A stretch of DNA of 64,000 nt from a virus. Its lineage: Duplodnaviria; Caudoviricetes. Location of the stretch: the IMG/VR virus record IMGVR_UViG_3300031910_000003, positions 4,702 through 68,701 of that record, one strand, 5' to 3'. The notes beneath the pieces were generated by a model. That model was not told the DNA's origin and ran no database searches. It was given only the letters and a program-made list of their open reading frames with translations. The position numbers were made by a program, and so were the translations under genes. Positions 18,853 through 28,385 of this stretch are shown here, in pieces (the first letter of the stretch is position 1; each line of letters opens with the position of its first letter).

Positions 18853-20172
18853 TTACACCTCTGCCAGTGCCAACGAGGCCTGCTTGGGTTCGGTTGCCGG
18901 CTGGCGCGCCACGGTGCCGTCCTCGATCACGATGCCGGTCTTGGCAGCGTCGTCGGTGACCTCGACCCAGCATTGGTAATCCTGGCCGTCGACCAGTTCG
19001 CCGAGCAGCCGCCAGCTTTCCTTGTCGAGCAATGAGCCGTCGCGCACGCAGAGCACGCGCAGTTTCGGGTTGGCAGCCATCGCGATCGCCACGCTCGCCC
19101 GGATCTTCTCGGCTTGGCTCGCCTGATCAAACGGGATGCCGTCCAGCAGCACGTCGTCGTCGTCCCAGCCGAGCCCGTCGATCGGCATCTTGGCGCTGGC
19201 GATCGCCGCGTTCTTGCGCTGGGTGCGTTCCTCCATCGCCGCGGTCAAGTCGGCCGACCGCCCTTCGAGGGCGGCGGCCTCGGCTTCGAGGGTCTCGCGC
19301 CGTGTCTTGGCTTCGAGCTGGGCGTTGGTCGTGCGGGCGGCTTCGAGCTGGGCAACGAGGTCGGCGGTGTCGAGCGGCTCGGGGAGCGGCGCTGCGTCGG
19401 TCAGGCTGCGCTCGAGCTGGTCCGCGGTCGACTCCAAGCCCTCGGCCTCGGTCTCCAAATCGGCGGCCTCGCGGCGCAGCAGCTCGACCCGCTCGCGCTT
19501 GCTCCTGGCGGTCTGCCGGTTGCCGGCAACCTCGCTCGACACCTGTTGCCGGCGCGCCTTGCGGCGCTCCAACAGCGCGTTGTCCTCGCCCGCCTTGCGC
19601 AGCTCCTGGGTCAACGCGGTGACGTCGACCGGTGCCTCCGGCAGACCCTCGGGATAGTGGATCCCGGAGGCCTGCCCGCGCAGCTTGCGGGCGTCGCGGT
19701 TGACCTCGGTGCGGATCTCGTAGTCGCGGGCGTTCTGGCCATCGAGCGCGTCGATATCGACATCGATCTTGGCCACCTGCCGCAGCGCCTCGCGCCGCTT
19801 GGGCGGGGTCATCCGAGTGAATTCGAGCGGGTCAAAGGCGATGGCGCCGACCAGCGCGTCGAGCATGTGCTGCGGGCTGCGGTAGCGCGCCCCGTTCGCC
19901 GCCTCGACCACGACATGCGAGCCGGCCGCGGTGAACCGGCGGGTGACCAGCAACTCGCCGCAATCGGCTTGGACGTGCGCGGTCTCGGCACCGCGACGGA
20001 TCGGCTTTTTTGGCAATACGTCGCCGCCGCCAAAGACGCACATGATCGCGTCGAGCACGGATGACTTGCCGGCACCATTGGGCCCGCGGACCTCGACCAA
20101 GTTGCCGACCGGCGTGATGTCGACGGCCTTTAGACGTTTGAAGTTCTCAGCGACTAAGTTGACGATTCTCAT
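18853..20172 (-). CDS. SMC/SbcC-like ATPase with coiled coil
   Basis: ENFKRLKAV..GPNGAGKSS; long coiled coil; SQAEK signature; RDGSLLD. Confidence 0.85.
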   Translation of the reverse strand: MRIVNLVAENFKRLKAVDITPVGNLVEVRGPNGAGKSSVLDAIMCVFGGGDVLPKKPIRRGAETAHVQADCGELLVTRRFTAAGSHVVVEAANGARYRSPQHMLDALVGAIAFDPLEFTRMTPPKRREALRQVAKIDVDIDALDGQNARDYEIRTEVNRDARKLRGQASGIHYPEGLPEAPVDVTALTQELRKAGEDNALLERRKARRQQVSSEVAGNRQTARSKRERVELLRREAADLETEAEGLESTADQLERSLTDAAPLPEPLDTADLVAQLEAARTTNAQLEAKTRRETLEAEAAALEGRSADLTAAMEERTQRKNAAIASAKMPIDGLGWDDDDVLLDGIPFDQASQAEKIRASVAIAMAANPKLRVLCVRDGSLLDKESWRLLGELVDGQDYQCWVEVTDDAAKTGIVIEDGTVARQPATEPKQASLALAEV

Positions 20173-20368
20173 TGCGATACCTCGGATGATAGGCGCGGTA
20201 GCTGTCCGACAGAGACTTGCGGAGCTCTTCCAGAATCTTCTGCCGAACCTCGTCCGCATTATCCCCCTCTTCGATCGACATGGTCAGACCGGCCTCAACT
20301 TTGAAACTTTCGAACTGCGCCAGCCGGAAGGTGCGCGACACGAAGATCGTCATGTCCTTGATCTTCAT
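20147..20368 (-). CDS. Hypothetical protein
   Basis: ATGA-coupled. Confidence 0.55.
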   Translation of the reverse strand: MKIKDMTIFVSRTFRLAQFESFKVEAGLTMSIEEGDNADEVRQKILEELRKSLSDSYRAYHPRYRNENRQLSR

Positions 20369-21315
20369 GGCAGGTAATCCCGGTCGGTCGGGGCCTGCAG
20401 CCGGGCGGCTAGGCGATAGCGTAGATCCAGTTCGGCGCGGGATCGCGGTGCAGGGATCTCCTTGCGCTCCAGCCGGTCCTGCAACTCGCGCACCTCCCAA
20501 GGCGGGATGCGGATCTCAAAGGCCTGCGGGCGGCGAGCACCCGGGGGCCGGTAGCTCGGCCACTGGTCGCGCTCCAGGCACTCGGCAAACTTCTCGCGGG
20601 CCCACAGATTGAGCACATGCCCCCACTCGATATGCTCTTCGGGATATTTCATGACCGAGACCAGGAACGGCGGTTCCTTCTCGACAGCGATAAACCAGTA
20701 GGACTTTGGGCGGGTGCCGGTGCAGATCTCGACACCATCGAGGTACCAAGCCGCCCGCTGCGGGTAGCCGAACCTCCAAGCCTCGCGCTCGAAGTTGCGC
20801 GGGTTCGCGGTGCCCGCACTCTTGACGTCGCGTAGGTCAATCAGGTTGTGCGGCAGATAGTCGACCCTGAGCTTGCACGGAAAGCCGAACTCGGGATCGT
20901 TCCAGGTCATCGTGACCTCGGTGTCGCCGGCGTCGCGGAAGCTGCGGGCGATCGGATCGGCGAGGATCGCCTGGGCCATCGCCTCGACCAGCTCGACTTC
21001 CTTGCTCAGCAGTGGCGTTACCCCGGCGTTGTAGGCGCGGTCGCGCGCCGCTTTGGCGCGGTCGGTGCGATAGCTGCCGGCTTCAATGACTTGGACCTCG
21101 GCGTCGAACTTGTCGGGCTCCAACAAGAGCAGGTGAGTTGCCGACCCGATGTCGAAGTGATTGGCGGTCCCGGGCGGGGCTCGGTTTGGGTTAAACGGCG
21201 AGGTGTGCCAATATTTGGCGGGACACTCCCGCTCGATCGTGTGCGCGCCGGAAGCGTTCAGAGCCTTGATGCCCTGATACATCTCCTTCGGCATGTCGCG
21301 GATGATGTTGGTCAA
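20365..21315 (-). CDS. RecE/ExoVIII-like PD-(D/E)XK exonuclease (DUF3799-like)
   Basis: IGSATH.LLLEP; CKLRVDYL..DVKS; YPQRAAWY. Confidence 0.85.
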   Translation of the reverse strand: MTNIIRDMPKEMYQGIKALNASGAHTIERECPAKYWHTSPFNPNRAPPGTANHFDIGSATHLLLLEPDKFDAEVQVIEAGSYRTDRAKAARDRAYNAGVTPLLSKEVELVEAMAQAILADPIARSFRDAGDTEVTMTWNDPEFGFPCKLRVDYLPHNLIDLRDVKSAGTANPRNFEREAWRFGYPQRAAWYLDGVEICTGTRPKSYWFIAVEKEPPFLVSVMKYPEEHIEWGHVLNLWAREKFAECLERDQWPSYRPPGARRPQAFEIRIPPWEVRELQDRLERKEIPAPRSRAELDLRYRLAARLQAPTDRDYLP

Positions 21316-21565
21316 TTGCTCGGCTCCCTGGTGGCGGGGGCCGTAAACAGCCGGACAAGCCGAGAGCGGTCATGCTCGGCTGTGGAGTTATTCGCGCACT
21401 CGCGTGCCTTATATCCTCGCACCCCCACCGCAGAGACCTGCGGTGGGGGACATACCGCACACTCAACCGCGCGGCAATGGCAACTGCTCTCGTCAACCTG
21501 TTCGGAGTTTACGACTCCACTGACGATTGTGCCGCAACCCGCGGCAGTGGTCAACCATTGCGGGG

Positions 21566-22009
21566 TCAGTGGCCGTGCAGCGCACCCCAAATCGCGATCG
21601 CGAAATTGACCGCGCCGACCACTGCAAGACAGGTACAGCTGATGAACACTGCCCTGCTCCAAAACGCGGCGCGCTTGTAGGCGGCTTCGAACCCGAGATG
21701 TGTCTCTCGGGCCTTCTGGATCTCTGCCTCGTGCGACGCCAGCTGGCGCGTGCAATCGATGATCGACGTCGACAGCAAGTAGAGCGCCATCGCGTCGGGC
21801 ATCAGATGGCTCGACACTTCGATCGGCGGTCCGCCAATCGGGTCTTGCAGGCCAGCGCGCTCGACTTGTTCCTGCACGACGGCGCGCATTTTGCCGTCTT
21901 GGCTGATCTCGAGCGTCACATGCCCGCCCGGCGGGACGCGAATGCCGCCGTCGTTGCCGCCACGTCGTCTGAACATCGGCGCCCTCCTTGCTGTGCCGAC
22001 GGGCAGCAT
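21566..22009 (-). CDS. Hypothetical protein with C-terminal TM helix
   Basis: Hydrophobic C-terminus. Confidence 0.5.
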   Translation of the reverse strand: MLPVGTARRAPMFRRRGGNDGGIRVPPGGHVTLEISQDGKMRAVVQEQVERAGLQDPIGGPPIEVSSHLMPDAMALYLLSTSIIDCTRQLASHEAEIQKARETHLGFEAAYKRAAFWSRAVFISCTCLAVVGAVNFAIAIWGALHGH

Positions 22010-22033
22010 ACATGCAACGCAGTCCGGCGATCA

Positions 22034-22222
22034 TCAATGCCCGGTGAGCCATTGGGTCAGCGTCGTCAGCCCGACGAGCAGCGCGGCGATCACCACGACC
22101 AGCAGGACCGGGTTGAGCAGGCGCCCGCGACGCGGCTCGTGCGGCAACAGCGGCGAGATCCCGGTGGTGACCGATCCGCCGAGCGGCAGGCGCTCGGGGT
22201 GGATCATTGCCTGCTTGGCCAT
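22034..22222 (-). CDS. Small membrane protein
   Basis: GGAGG RBS; single TM. Confidence 0.6.
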   Translation of the reverse strand: MAKQAMIHPERLPLGGSVTTGISPLLPHEPRRGRLLNPVLLVVVIAALLVGLTTLTQWLTGH

Positions 22223-22243
22223 TTATCCTCCCCCCCATCGAGA

Positions 22244-22657
22244 TCAGAACCAGACGCGGCGGTCGGCAAAGAGGACCGCCGTGCCGCAAATGAAATACGC
22301 CGGGTCGTCGGCCTTCTCGGGCTCGTGCAGCCGGACGTTGCGCAGATAGAGCTCGGTTGCCCGCTCGTTGCGCGGCAGGTTCTTGCCGCGCCGATCGCGC
22401 ACCGCGGAGACGCCGTCATCGGCGAGCCGCAACAGCAGTTCGTGGCCTTCCTCGTCGACAAACATGTCGCGGTAGGCGCGCTCGCCGAGCCACGGCACGG
22501 CACCGGTGTAGACCAGCACGTGCTCAAGGTGGCCACCATCGAGCAGCGGTCTGATCACCGCGGCGAGTGCCATAAAGCTCGGCTGCTCGGGCAGCTCGAC
22601 CGAGCTGGTTTCGTCCTCGGCGCCGGGCCGCATGATCACGATCCTGGTGATGCTCAT
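22244..22657 (-). CDS. Hypothetical protein
   Basis: ATGA-coupled; N.RATELY..ICGTAVLF. Confidence 0.65.
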   Translation of the reverse strand: MSITRIVIMRPGAEDETSSVELPEQPSFMALAAVIRPLLDGGHLEHVLVYTGAVPWLGERAYRDMFVDEEGHELLLRLADDGVSAVRDRRGKNLPRNERATELYLRNVRLHEPEKADDPAYFICGTAVLFADRRVWF

Positions 22658-23019
22658 CGCCGTGCCTTCGCCAGTGCTGCCAGGGCGCGTTCGAGGGCCG
22701 GGCCCTTTGGCGTGACACCGGCCTCTTGCATCATCGGGCTCGACAGCACTTCATGCACATAATCGACGAGATCGCTGAGTGCGGTTTCGAGATCGGGTGC
22801 GGCGGCGAGCCGGTTGCCGATCGCGCGCCAGGTCTCGCCGCTGTCATTGAGCCGGCTGGCGAGAACGGCGATCGGACGGCCGTTGGCATCGATCAGCATG
22901 CCGTCATCGTCGACCCGCCAGGGTGGCGGCACGGTTGCCGGACGGACGATGTTGAAGGCGGCGGCGAGGTCATCGATGAACCCGTGCGCCTGTCTTAAGG
23001 GTTTGCGGCGCCCGATCAT
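22654..23019 (-). CDS. Hypothetical protein
   Basis: ATGA-coupled. Confidence 0.6.
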   Translation of the reverse strand: MIGRRKPLRQAHGFIDDLAAAFNIVRPATVPPPWRVDDDGMLIDANGRPIAVLASRLNDSGETWRAIGNRLAAAPDLETALSDLVDYVHEVLSSPMMQEAGVTPKGPALERALAALAKARR

Positions 23020-23243
23020 TGCAGGTAGCCGAGCATCCAACGGCGATTGTAGGCGCGCACCGCAAGCGGGTCGGGCTCGTCGTCGGCATCGCAGCGGACG
23101 CGCGGGTCGCCGTAGCCGTCGAGACTGACGGTGTGTCGTTCCGCACCGCGGCCGCAGTCCAAGCACACGTCTCCTTTGAAGCGTTCCCGGAGGTAGGCCT
23201 CGCCGTCGAAAGGCTGCTCGGGGGTGGTAACTGCCTCGCACAT
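23016..23243 (-). CDS. First gene of the leftward early operon, Cys-containing
   Basis: CLDC...C. Confidence 0.55.
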   Translation of the reverse strand: MCEAVTTPEQPFDGEAYLRERFKGDVCLDCGRGAERHTVSLDGYGDPRVRCDADDEPDPLAVRAYNRRWMLGYLQ

Positions 23244-23273
23244 AAGGAAAACTCCCTACTAAAAGAACATTTT

Positions 23274-23346
23274 AATAGGGAATTGCCTATTAGTCAAACA
23301 GTGAAATCGGGATGTTTACCCTACTGTTTTTATAGGGTCGCCACCC
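23274..23346. promoter_or_regulatory. Putative leftward operators, ATAGG(G)-N5/6-CCTAT type
   Basis: aatagggaattgcctatt at 23274-23291 and accctactgtttttatagggt at 23318-23338 in an AT-rich intergenic region; similar half-sites at 24678-24745. Confidence 0.55.
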
Positions 23347-23648
23347 TGCTACCCTAAAGGGCCGCTTCACGTTTTTTGCGCGTCTTCTCTTTAGGGCGAG
23401 AACGTGTGCGAAACGCCAATGGATATCGGCCACCTTGACGTCAGTGAAACGTCAGCGATTCGTGAATGACCGTGAATTCTTGTAACCCACAGGCAACCCA
23501 CAGGCGTCACGCCTTGACAGGTGGCGCAATGGGCCGCTTGATGGGCGACCACTGCAAAATGGTTAACAATTCTGTGCAGGGGTCACAGAGCAATCTTGCT
23601 TGGCGCGTTGAACATGGCTGACGCCTGCGGTGTCAGCAGGGAGGGCCA

Positions 23649-24224
23649 ATGGAGACGACGATCAACCTCCCGCCCGCCGATCAAGTGCTGGAACTCATTA
23701 GAGAGTTTCGTGCCGCTCGTGACGCCGGGCGGCACGCCTCGCCGGTTGCACAGTGCGACCCCCCCAACAGCGATGCGCCGTGGCCGCCGCTGCTGCTCGC
23801 GATCGGCTTGCTCTCTGCGGGGGTGTTGGCGACTGACCTGCTGTACCCGTTCGTTTCGGGCCCTACAGCCTTTTCCAAGCCGACATTCGCGGTGTTCTCC
23901 AGCGTGGCACTCGCGGGACGGTTGGCCGGTGCGCGCGGCGCCTGGTATGCCGTGCTGTTTGCCTGGCCGGCGGAAGTGTTGTTAGGGCGCACGAACGTCG
24001 ACCTGCACGAGCTCGTCCATCTCAGCGGCACCCTGCTTGCCGCTGCGGTTGTTGCCGCCTGCTTTACCCCTTGGGTGTGGTGGCCCTGGACCGGGCCCTG
24101 GGCAGCTCTGCCTCGGGCGTGGGATCGAGCTGTGCATTCATTCGGGCTGCTCCGGTTGCGTCGGTGGCGGCTTTTTTTGGGGCCCGGCGAGCAACCGGCG
24201 GCCGGCTTGTTCGAGTACCCGTAA
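23649..24224 (+). CDS. Multi-pass membrane protein in the immunity region (DUF4118-like TM pattern)
   Basis: About four hydrophobic segments; convergent with the repressor. Confidence 0.55.
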   Translation: METTINLPPADQVLELIREFRAARDAGRHASPVAQCDPPNSDAPWPPLLLAIGLLSAGVLATDLLYPFVSGPTAFSKPTFAVFSSVALAGRLAGARGAWYAVLFAWPAEVLLGRTNVDLHELVHLSGTLLAAAVVAACFTPWVWWPWTGPWAALPRAWDRAVHSFGLLRLRRWRLFLGPGEQPAAGLFEYP

Positions 24225-24665
24225 TGTCGCCTCGTCGTCGGTCATCGACCCGATCTCGAGCAGCGTGTAAGCCGCCGCGAGGATGATGTTGCGGATCCAT
24301 TCGTCTTCGGCGCGCTCACCGATGATATAGCGTGCGACCTGGTGGGCGCGCGCGATCAGGTCGGGGTCAATGGAGCGCTGCGCGAGCGGGCTTAGGACCC
24401 GCTCGTGGGGCGGTCGAAACTGTTCGGGGTCAATGGCGAAATAACGTCCCAGCGCGGTGCGCACGGCTGCCGGCAGAACCCGCGGCGTGCGCCCCGCCAT
24501 AAACTGCTGCAGATAGGCGTGGTTCTTCCCGATCGCGCGTGACAGCGGGCCGAAGCCGATGCCTCGCTCGGCGACCAGCTGCTGCAGCAGCACCCGCACC
24601 GGATCGGTTGGCGTTCGATCGCTCGGCAATTCTCCCTGCCTCTTGCGGTAGTGATCTCGCGGCAT
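24138..24665 (-). CDS. CI-like repressor (HTH only, no S24 peptidase)
   Basis: LSRAIGKNHAYLQQFMAGRTPRVL, typical of alphaproteobacterial phage repressors; divergent from Cro. Confidence 0.75.
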   Translation of the reverse strand: MPRDHYRKRQGELPSDRTPTDPVRVLLQQLVAERGIGFGPLSRAIGKNHAYLQQFMAGRTPRVLPAAVRTALGRYFAIDPEQFRPPHERVLSPLAQRSIDPDLIARAHQVARYIIGERAEDEWIRNIILAAAYTLLEIGSMTDDEATLRVLEQAGRRLLAGPQKKPPPTQPEQPE

Positions 24666-24677
24666 AATGCCCTAAAA

Positions 24678-24745
24678 AATAGGCGAATTCCAATAGGTTC
24701 GAGCCGCTTGACGATAGGGTAGCTCCCTCGGTACGCTGCCTATCG
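24678..24745 (+). promoter_or_regulatory. PR-like promoter with overlapping operators
   Basis: TTGACG (24708) N18 TACGCT (24732); ATAGG half-sites. Confidence 0.6.
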
Positions 24746-24772
24746 ACCGCGCGTTTGAACCGATCGGACCCT

Positions 24773-25108
24773 ATGGCCAAAGCGAAGCAATCCAAGCCTT
24801 CTTCTGGTCGCGCCAGGCGCGCGATCCTTATGCCCAGCTGGCAGCAGCGGCCGCCGCAGAAGGTGGTCATCAAGCATCCGCTGGCCGACGAGATCGAAGC
24901 GTTTCTCGCCGAGACCGGTATGACGCCGACCTTCTTCGGCTATGGCGCGATGCGCGACCCGGCCTTTGTCTTCGAGGTCCGGCTCGGTCGGGATCTGCGC
25001 GGCACCACCGAGAACAAGGTTCGGGTGCAGATGGCCTTCTATCGCCAATGGCACCAGTTCATGGACCCCTCGGGAGCCGCCGCGTCAGTCCTCGTCGCAC
25101 GGAGATAG
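24773..25108 (+). CDS. Cro-like protein
   Basis: EIEAFLAETGMTPTFFGYGAMRDPAFVFEVRLGRDLR. Confidence 0.75.
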   Translation: MAKAKQSKPSSGRARRAILMPSWQQRPPQKVVIKHPLADEIEAFLAETGMTPTFFGYGAMRDPAFVFEVRLGRDLRGTTENKVRVQMAFYRQWHQFMDPSGAAASVLVARR

Positions 25109-25143
25109 CAAAGCGGGAGGGGGAAGCATGAAGGGGGATAGCA

Positions 25144-25470
25144 ATGGACACCAACGGACTTAGCGAGAAGGGCGGGGGGATCAACGGTGGCCAGCTGCGC
25201 TCGTTCGTCGAGCGCTATGAGCGCCTGCAGGGCGAGATCGACGGCCTCAACGGCGACAAGGCCGATCTGATCAAAGAGGTCGAGAGCACCGGCTTCGACA
25301 AGAAGGTGTTCAGGATCGTCGTCAAGCGCCGGCGCAGGGGCAAGGACCGGTGCGACGAGGAAGACACGATGGTCGCGCTCTACGAGCAGGCGCTCGAGGA
25401 GCCGGGCGAGGAGGCACCGGAAGAGGACGCCTCGCGCGTGCACGCGCGCGAGGACGTGGCGGCCGACTGA
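25144..25470 (+). CDS. gapR: GapR/DUF2312 nucleoid-associated protein homolog
   Basis: QLRSFVERYERL..E......DK..L..E..STGFDKKV.R.VV..R......EE..MV.LY..AL. Confidence 0.85.
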   Translation: MDTNGLSEKGGGINGGQLRSFVERYERLQGEIDGLNGDKADLIKEVESTGFDKKVFRIVVKRRRRGKDRCDEEDTMVALYEQALEEPGEEAPEEDASRVHAREDVAAD

Positions 25471-25481
25471 GGGGGGCGGAG

Positions 25482-26750
25482 ATGGCGATCGTCAATCTGC
25501 GTGAGCCGAAAGGCGATGATTTCCCGCTGACCCATATCAAATTGCCGCCGCGCCGGTTGCGTCTCCTGCGCCAGGACGTCGTCGACGGTTTGGCGGAGTC
25601 GATGTCTAAGATCGGGCTGCTCCAGCCGATCTTGGCGGCCGAGGAAGACGGCCTGCTGATCGCTGGGCTGCATCGCTACGAAGCCGCCAAGAAGCTCGGT
25701 TGGCGGACGATCAGAACTGTTCTCGTCGAAGGCCGATCCGTGGACCTGATGCGGATCATGCAGATCGACGAGAACCTGGTCCGCGCCGATCTGTCACCGG
25801 CGGAGCGCGCCGCGCACCAGCATGAGCGCAAGAAGCTCTACGAGAGCGAATTTCCAGAGACGCGACAGGGCGGTGCTCCAGCGGCTCGGGGACCAGGGAG
25901 AGGGGGTAAGATCGCCAAAACGTCGGGCATACCCTCGTTTGCAGCTGATGCCGCCACCAAGACCGGGGTTAGCAGGCGCACCGTCGAACGTGACGTCGAG
26001 CGTGCTCAAAAGATCCCCGATGTCCTCAGTGTCGCCGGCACGGCGCTCGATACGCCGGACGAGCTCGACGCACTCGTCAAACTGCCCAAAGCCAAGCAAC
26101 GAGAACTGATCGGACGCGCGAAGGGCGGCCACAAGGTCAGCGCAAAGACCACGCTGAAACAGGTCAAGCGCGAGGAGCGTGAGGCCGAACTCGCCAAGCG
26201 TACCGAACTCGCGTCGCAAGCCATCGGCCGCCGACGCTATGGCGTGCTCTATGCCGACCCGCCATGGCGGTTCGAACCGTACTCGCGCGAAACCGGCCTC
26301 GATCGCGCCGCCGACAATCACTACCCGACGATGACGCTAGACGAGATCAAGCGGCTGCAGGTGCCAGCCGCCAAGGATTGCGTGCTGTTTCTTTGGGCGA
26401 CCGCACCGATGCTGTGCGAGGCGCTTGAGGTCCTCCGCGCCTGGGGGTTCGCCTACAAGAGCCATTGCATCTGGGCGAAGCCCCGCAAGGGAACCGGGTT
26501 CTGGTTCCGCAACGCGCACGAGCTACTGCTGGTCGGCACCCGAGGCAACGTCGCGGCACCAGCGCCGGGCCATCAGCCGCTTTCCGTGATTGAAGCCGCG
26601 GCCACGCGGCACAGCAAAAAACCCGAAGCCTTTGCCGAGATGATCGAGCGGCTGTTCCCGCGCACCGGCAAGCTGGAGATGTTTGCACGTCAATCGCGGC
26701 TCGGCTGGCACGCCTGGGGCAATGAAGTCGTCGAGGAGGCCGCGGAATGA
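25482..26750 (+). CDS. ParB-like domain fused to an MT-A70 N6-adenine methyltransferase
   Basis: IGLLQPI..LIAGLHRYEA (ParBc); YADPPW, LFLWAT, NAHELLLVG, HSKKPE, LEMFAR (MT-A70). Confidence 0.9.
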   Translation: MAIVNLREPKGDDFPLTHIKLPPRRLRLLRQDVVDGLAESMSKIGLLQPILAAEEDGLLIAGLHRYEAAKKLGWRTIRTVLVEGRSVDLMRIMQIDENLVRADLSPAERAAHQHERKKLYESEFPETRQGGAPAARGPGRGGKIAKTSGIPSFAADAATKTGVSRRTVERDVERAQKIPDVLSVAGTALDTPDELDALVKLPKAKQRELIGRAKGGHKVSAKTTLKQVKREEREAELAKRTELASQAIGRRRYGVLYADPPWRFEPYSRETGLDRAADNHYPTMTLDEIKRLQVPAAKDCVLFLWATAPMLCEALEVLRAWGFAYKSHCIWAKPRKGTGFWFRNAHELLLVGTRGNVAAPAPGHQPLSVIEAAATRHSKKPEAFAEMIERLFPRTGKLEMFARQSRLGWHAWGNEVVEEAAE

Positions 26751-27163
26751 GCGCCGAACACCTGCCCGGGATGGAGCCGGCGCACAAAACCAACAGCGAG
26801 CGCGCCCCACCCAGCGGCCGGCGCCTCAGCGCCGCCGATGCCTCCTTGGTCAAGGGCATGCTCAAGCGCCACGATCGGCAGCACGACATCGCCTCGTGGT
26901 TCGGCGTCAACTCCGGCCGGATCATGGATGTCAAACATGGCGAGCTGCACCCGCAGGCTCCGGTCGCACCGGCAGAGGCTTTGCCGCCGCCAGGACCGTA
27001 TTCGTCGGGGCGCGCCGCACAGGCCGCGATGTCAGCGCTTGTGCTCGCCAAGGATGCGATCGAGCGCGCCCAAGCATCAATCGACGCCGTCCGGGCCGAG
27101 ATCGATGCGGCCAAGGTCGCGATCAACTCCGCCCTCGATGAGATCCGGAACGAAAAGCTGTGA
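26747..27163 (+). CDS. HTH-like hypothetical protein
   Basis: VKGMLKRHDRQHDIASWFGVNSGRI. Confidence 0.65.
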   Translation: MSAEHLPGMEPAHKTNSERAPPSGRRLSAADASLVKGMLKRHDRQHDIASWFGVNSGRIMDVKHGELHPQAPVAPAEALPPPGPYSSGRAAQAAMSALVLAKDAIERAQASIDAVRAEIDAAKVAINSALDEIRNEKL

Positions 27164-27197
27164 GCGAGCTGATCCACATGGTGCTGCGCGGTCGCGG

Positions 27198-27644
27198 ATG
27201 AGCCGGTCGACCGCACCGCGGTTCAAACTAACGCCGCCCGTCGTCCCTGAGCAGGAACTGCACGAGACGGTGGCGTCAGCCTTCCATCTGCTGATCGCAC
27301 CGCCAGCGCAATGGGCCATGTATCCCGCCGGTGCGATCCAACTGACGCAGGCGCAAGCGACAAAATTGGTGCGCATGGGACTGAAGCGCAGCTGGCCGGA
27401 TTTCCTGGTGCTCCATGACTGGCTCTACGGCATTGAACTGAAGCGGCGCGGCGCAAAGCTGTCAAAGTCATACTGGGGCCGCACCAAGCGCGGTAGCCCG
27501 ATCTATCGCATCGGCCAAGAAGACAACTTCCCCGCGCTCATCGCCGCCGGCATGCGGGACATCGCGGTCTGCTACAGCGTCCAGGAGGCAGTCGACGCAC
27601 TCAAGCGCTGGCGCATCCCGTTGCGCGGCAGGGTCGCGGCATGA
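27198..27644 (+). CDS. VRR-NUC-like PD-(D/E)XK nuclease
   Basis: GLKRSWPDFLVL..GIELKR..K.S..Q. Confidence 0.75.
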   Translation: MSRSTAPRFKLTPPVVPEQELHETVASAFHLLIAPPAQWAMYPAGAIQLTQAQATKLVRMGLKRSWPDFLVLHDWLYGIELKRRGAKLSKSYWGRTKRGSPIYRIGQEDNFPALIAAGMRDIAVCYSVQEAVDALKRWRIPLRGRVAA

Positions 27645-27673
27645 GCCACACTTGCCACTGGCCGGGCTGCTAA
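27641..27673 (+). pseudogene. Orphaned original 5' end (MSHTCHWPGC*) of the gene at 28140
   Basis: Translates to a near-copy of MNHRCHWPGC at 28140; ATGA-coupled to the upstream gene. Confidence 0.8.
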
Positions 27674-28143
27674 TGGGCGCTCCACACATAGAGAGAAAAT
27701 GCCCTGACTGCGGTGACGTCAAGCGACTGTCTGATTTCTATAAATCGAGAGACGGATATGACGGCTACTGCAAGTCATGTCGGCGATCGAGAGACCGCGA
27801 GCGAGCAGAGCAAAAGGCTGAACGTTGGCGCAGGATCGATCCGCAGAAGCGGCGAGCTTATAAACTTCTCAGGCTCTACGGAATTACGATCGACGACTAC
27901 AACAGAATGTTGGAGGAGCAAGACTTCTCCTGCGCAATCTGTGGGGGCGTAGAGACACGAAGCATGTACGGAGAGGACCCGCGATTAGTCGTCGATCACA
28001 ACCATCGTACAGGGCAGGTCCGAGGTCTGTTGTGCTGTACTTGCAATGCAAGTCTGGCTGCAGTGGAACATGAACAATTTATGTTACTTGCCAAAGAGTA
28101 CCTGCGCAGGACGGATGGCTACCAATTTGTGGGTGATCCATGA
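27673..28143 (+). CDS. Endonuclease VII-family homing endonuclease
   Basis: YGIT..DY..ML.EQ...CAIC...LVVDHNH.TG.VRGLLC..CN; N-terminal CxxC..CxxC; visibly lower GC than the flanks. Confidence 0.9.
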   Translation: MGAPHIERKCPDCGDVKRLSDFYKSRDGYDGYCKSCRRSRDRERAEQKAERWRRIDPQKRRAYKLLRLYGITIDDYNRMLEEQDFSCAICGGVETRSMYGEDPRLVVDHNHRTGQVRGLLCCTCNASLAAVEHEQFMLLAKEYLRRTDGYQFVGDP

Positions 28144-28385
28144 ACCATAGGTGTCACTGGCCGGGGTGCCAAGTAGAGGTTCCTCCAGACAAGTTTACGT
28201 GCAGGCGCCACTGGTTTGCGCTGCCCAAGCCGATCCGGCGGGAGATCTGGCGGCACTATCGCAAAGGCCAGGAGGTCACCAAGGACCCCTCGGACGCCTA
28301 CATCCGCGCCGCCCGGCGAGCGCGCGAGTGGATCTACGCCAACCATCCGCCGCTGCAACAACTGCAGCTGGATTTTGCCCAATGA
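28140..28385 (+). CDS. Cys/His hypothetical protein with recoded 5' end
   Basis: CHWPGC..C.RHW..LP..IR. Confidence 0.75.
   Translation: MNHRCHWPGCQVEVPPDKFTCRRHWFALPKPIRREIWRHYRKGQEVTKDPSDAYIRAARRAREWIYANHPPLQQLQLDFAQ

Noticed and set aside
21312-21565. Protein-coding gene between the exonuclease and 21566
   Set aside because: Low GC3 and no RBS; probably regulatory or non-coding, and no convincing RNA structure found by eye
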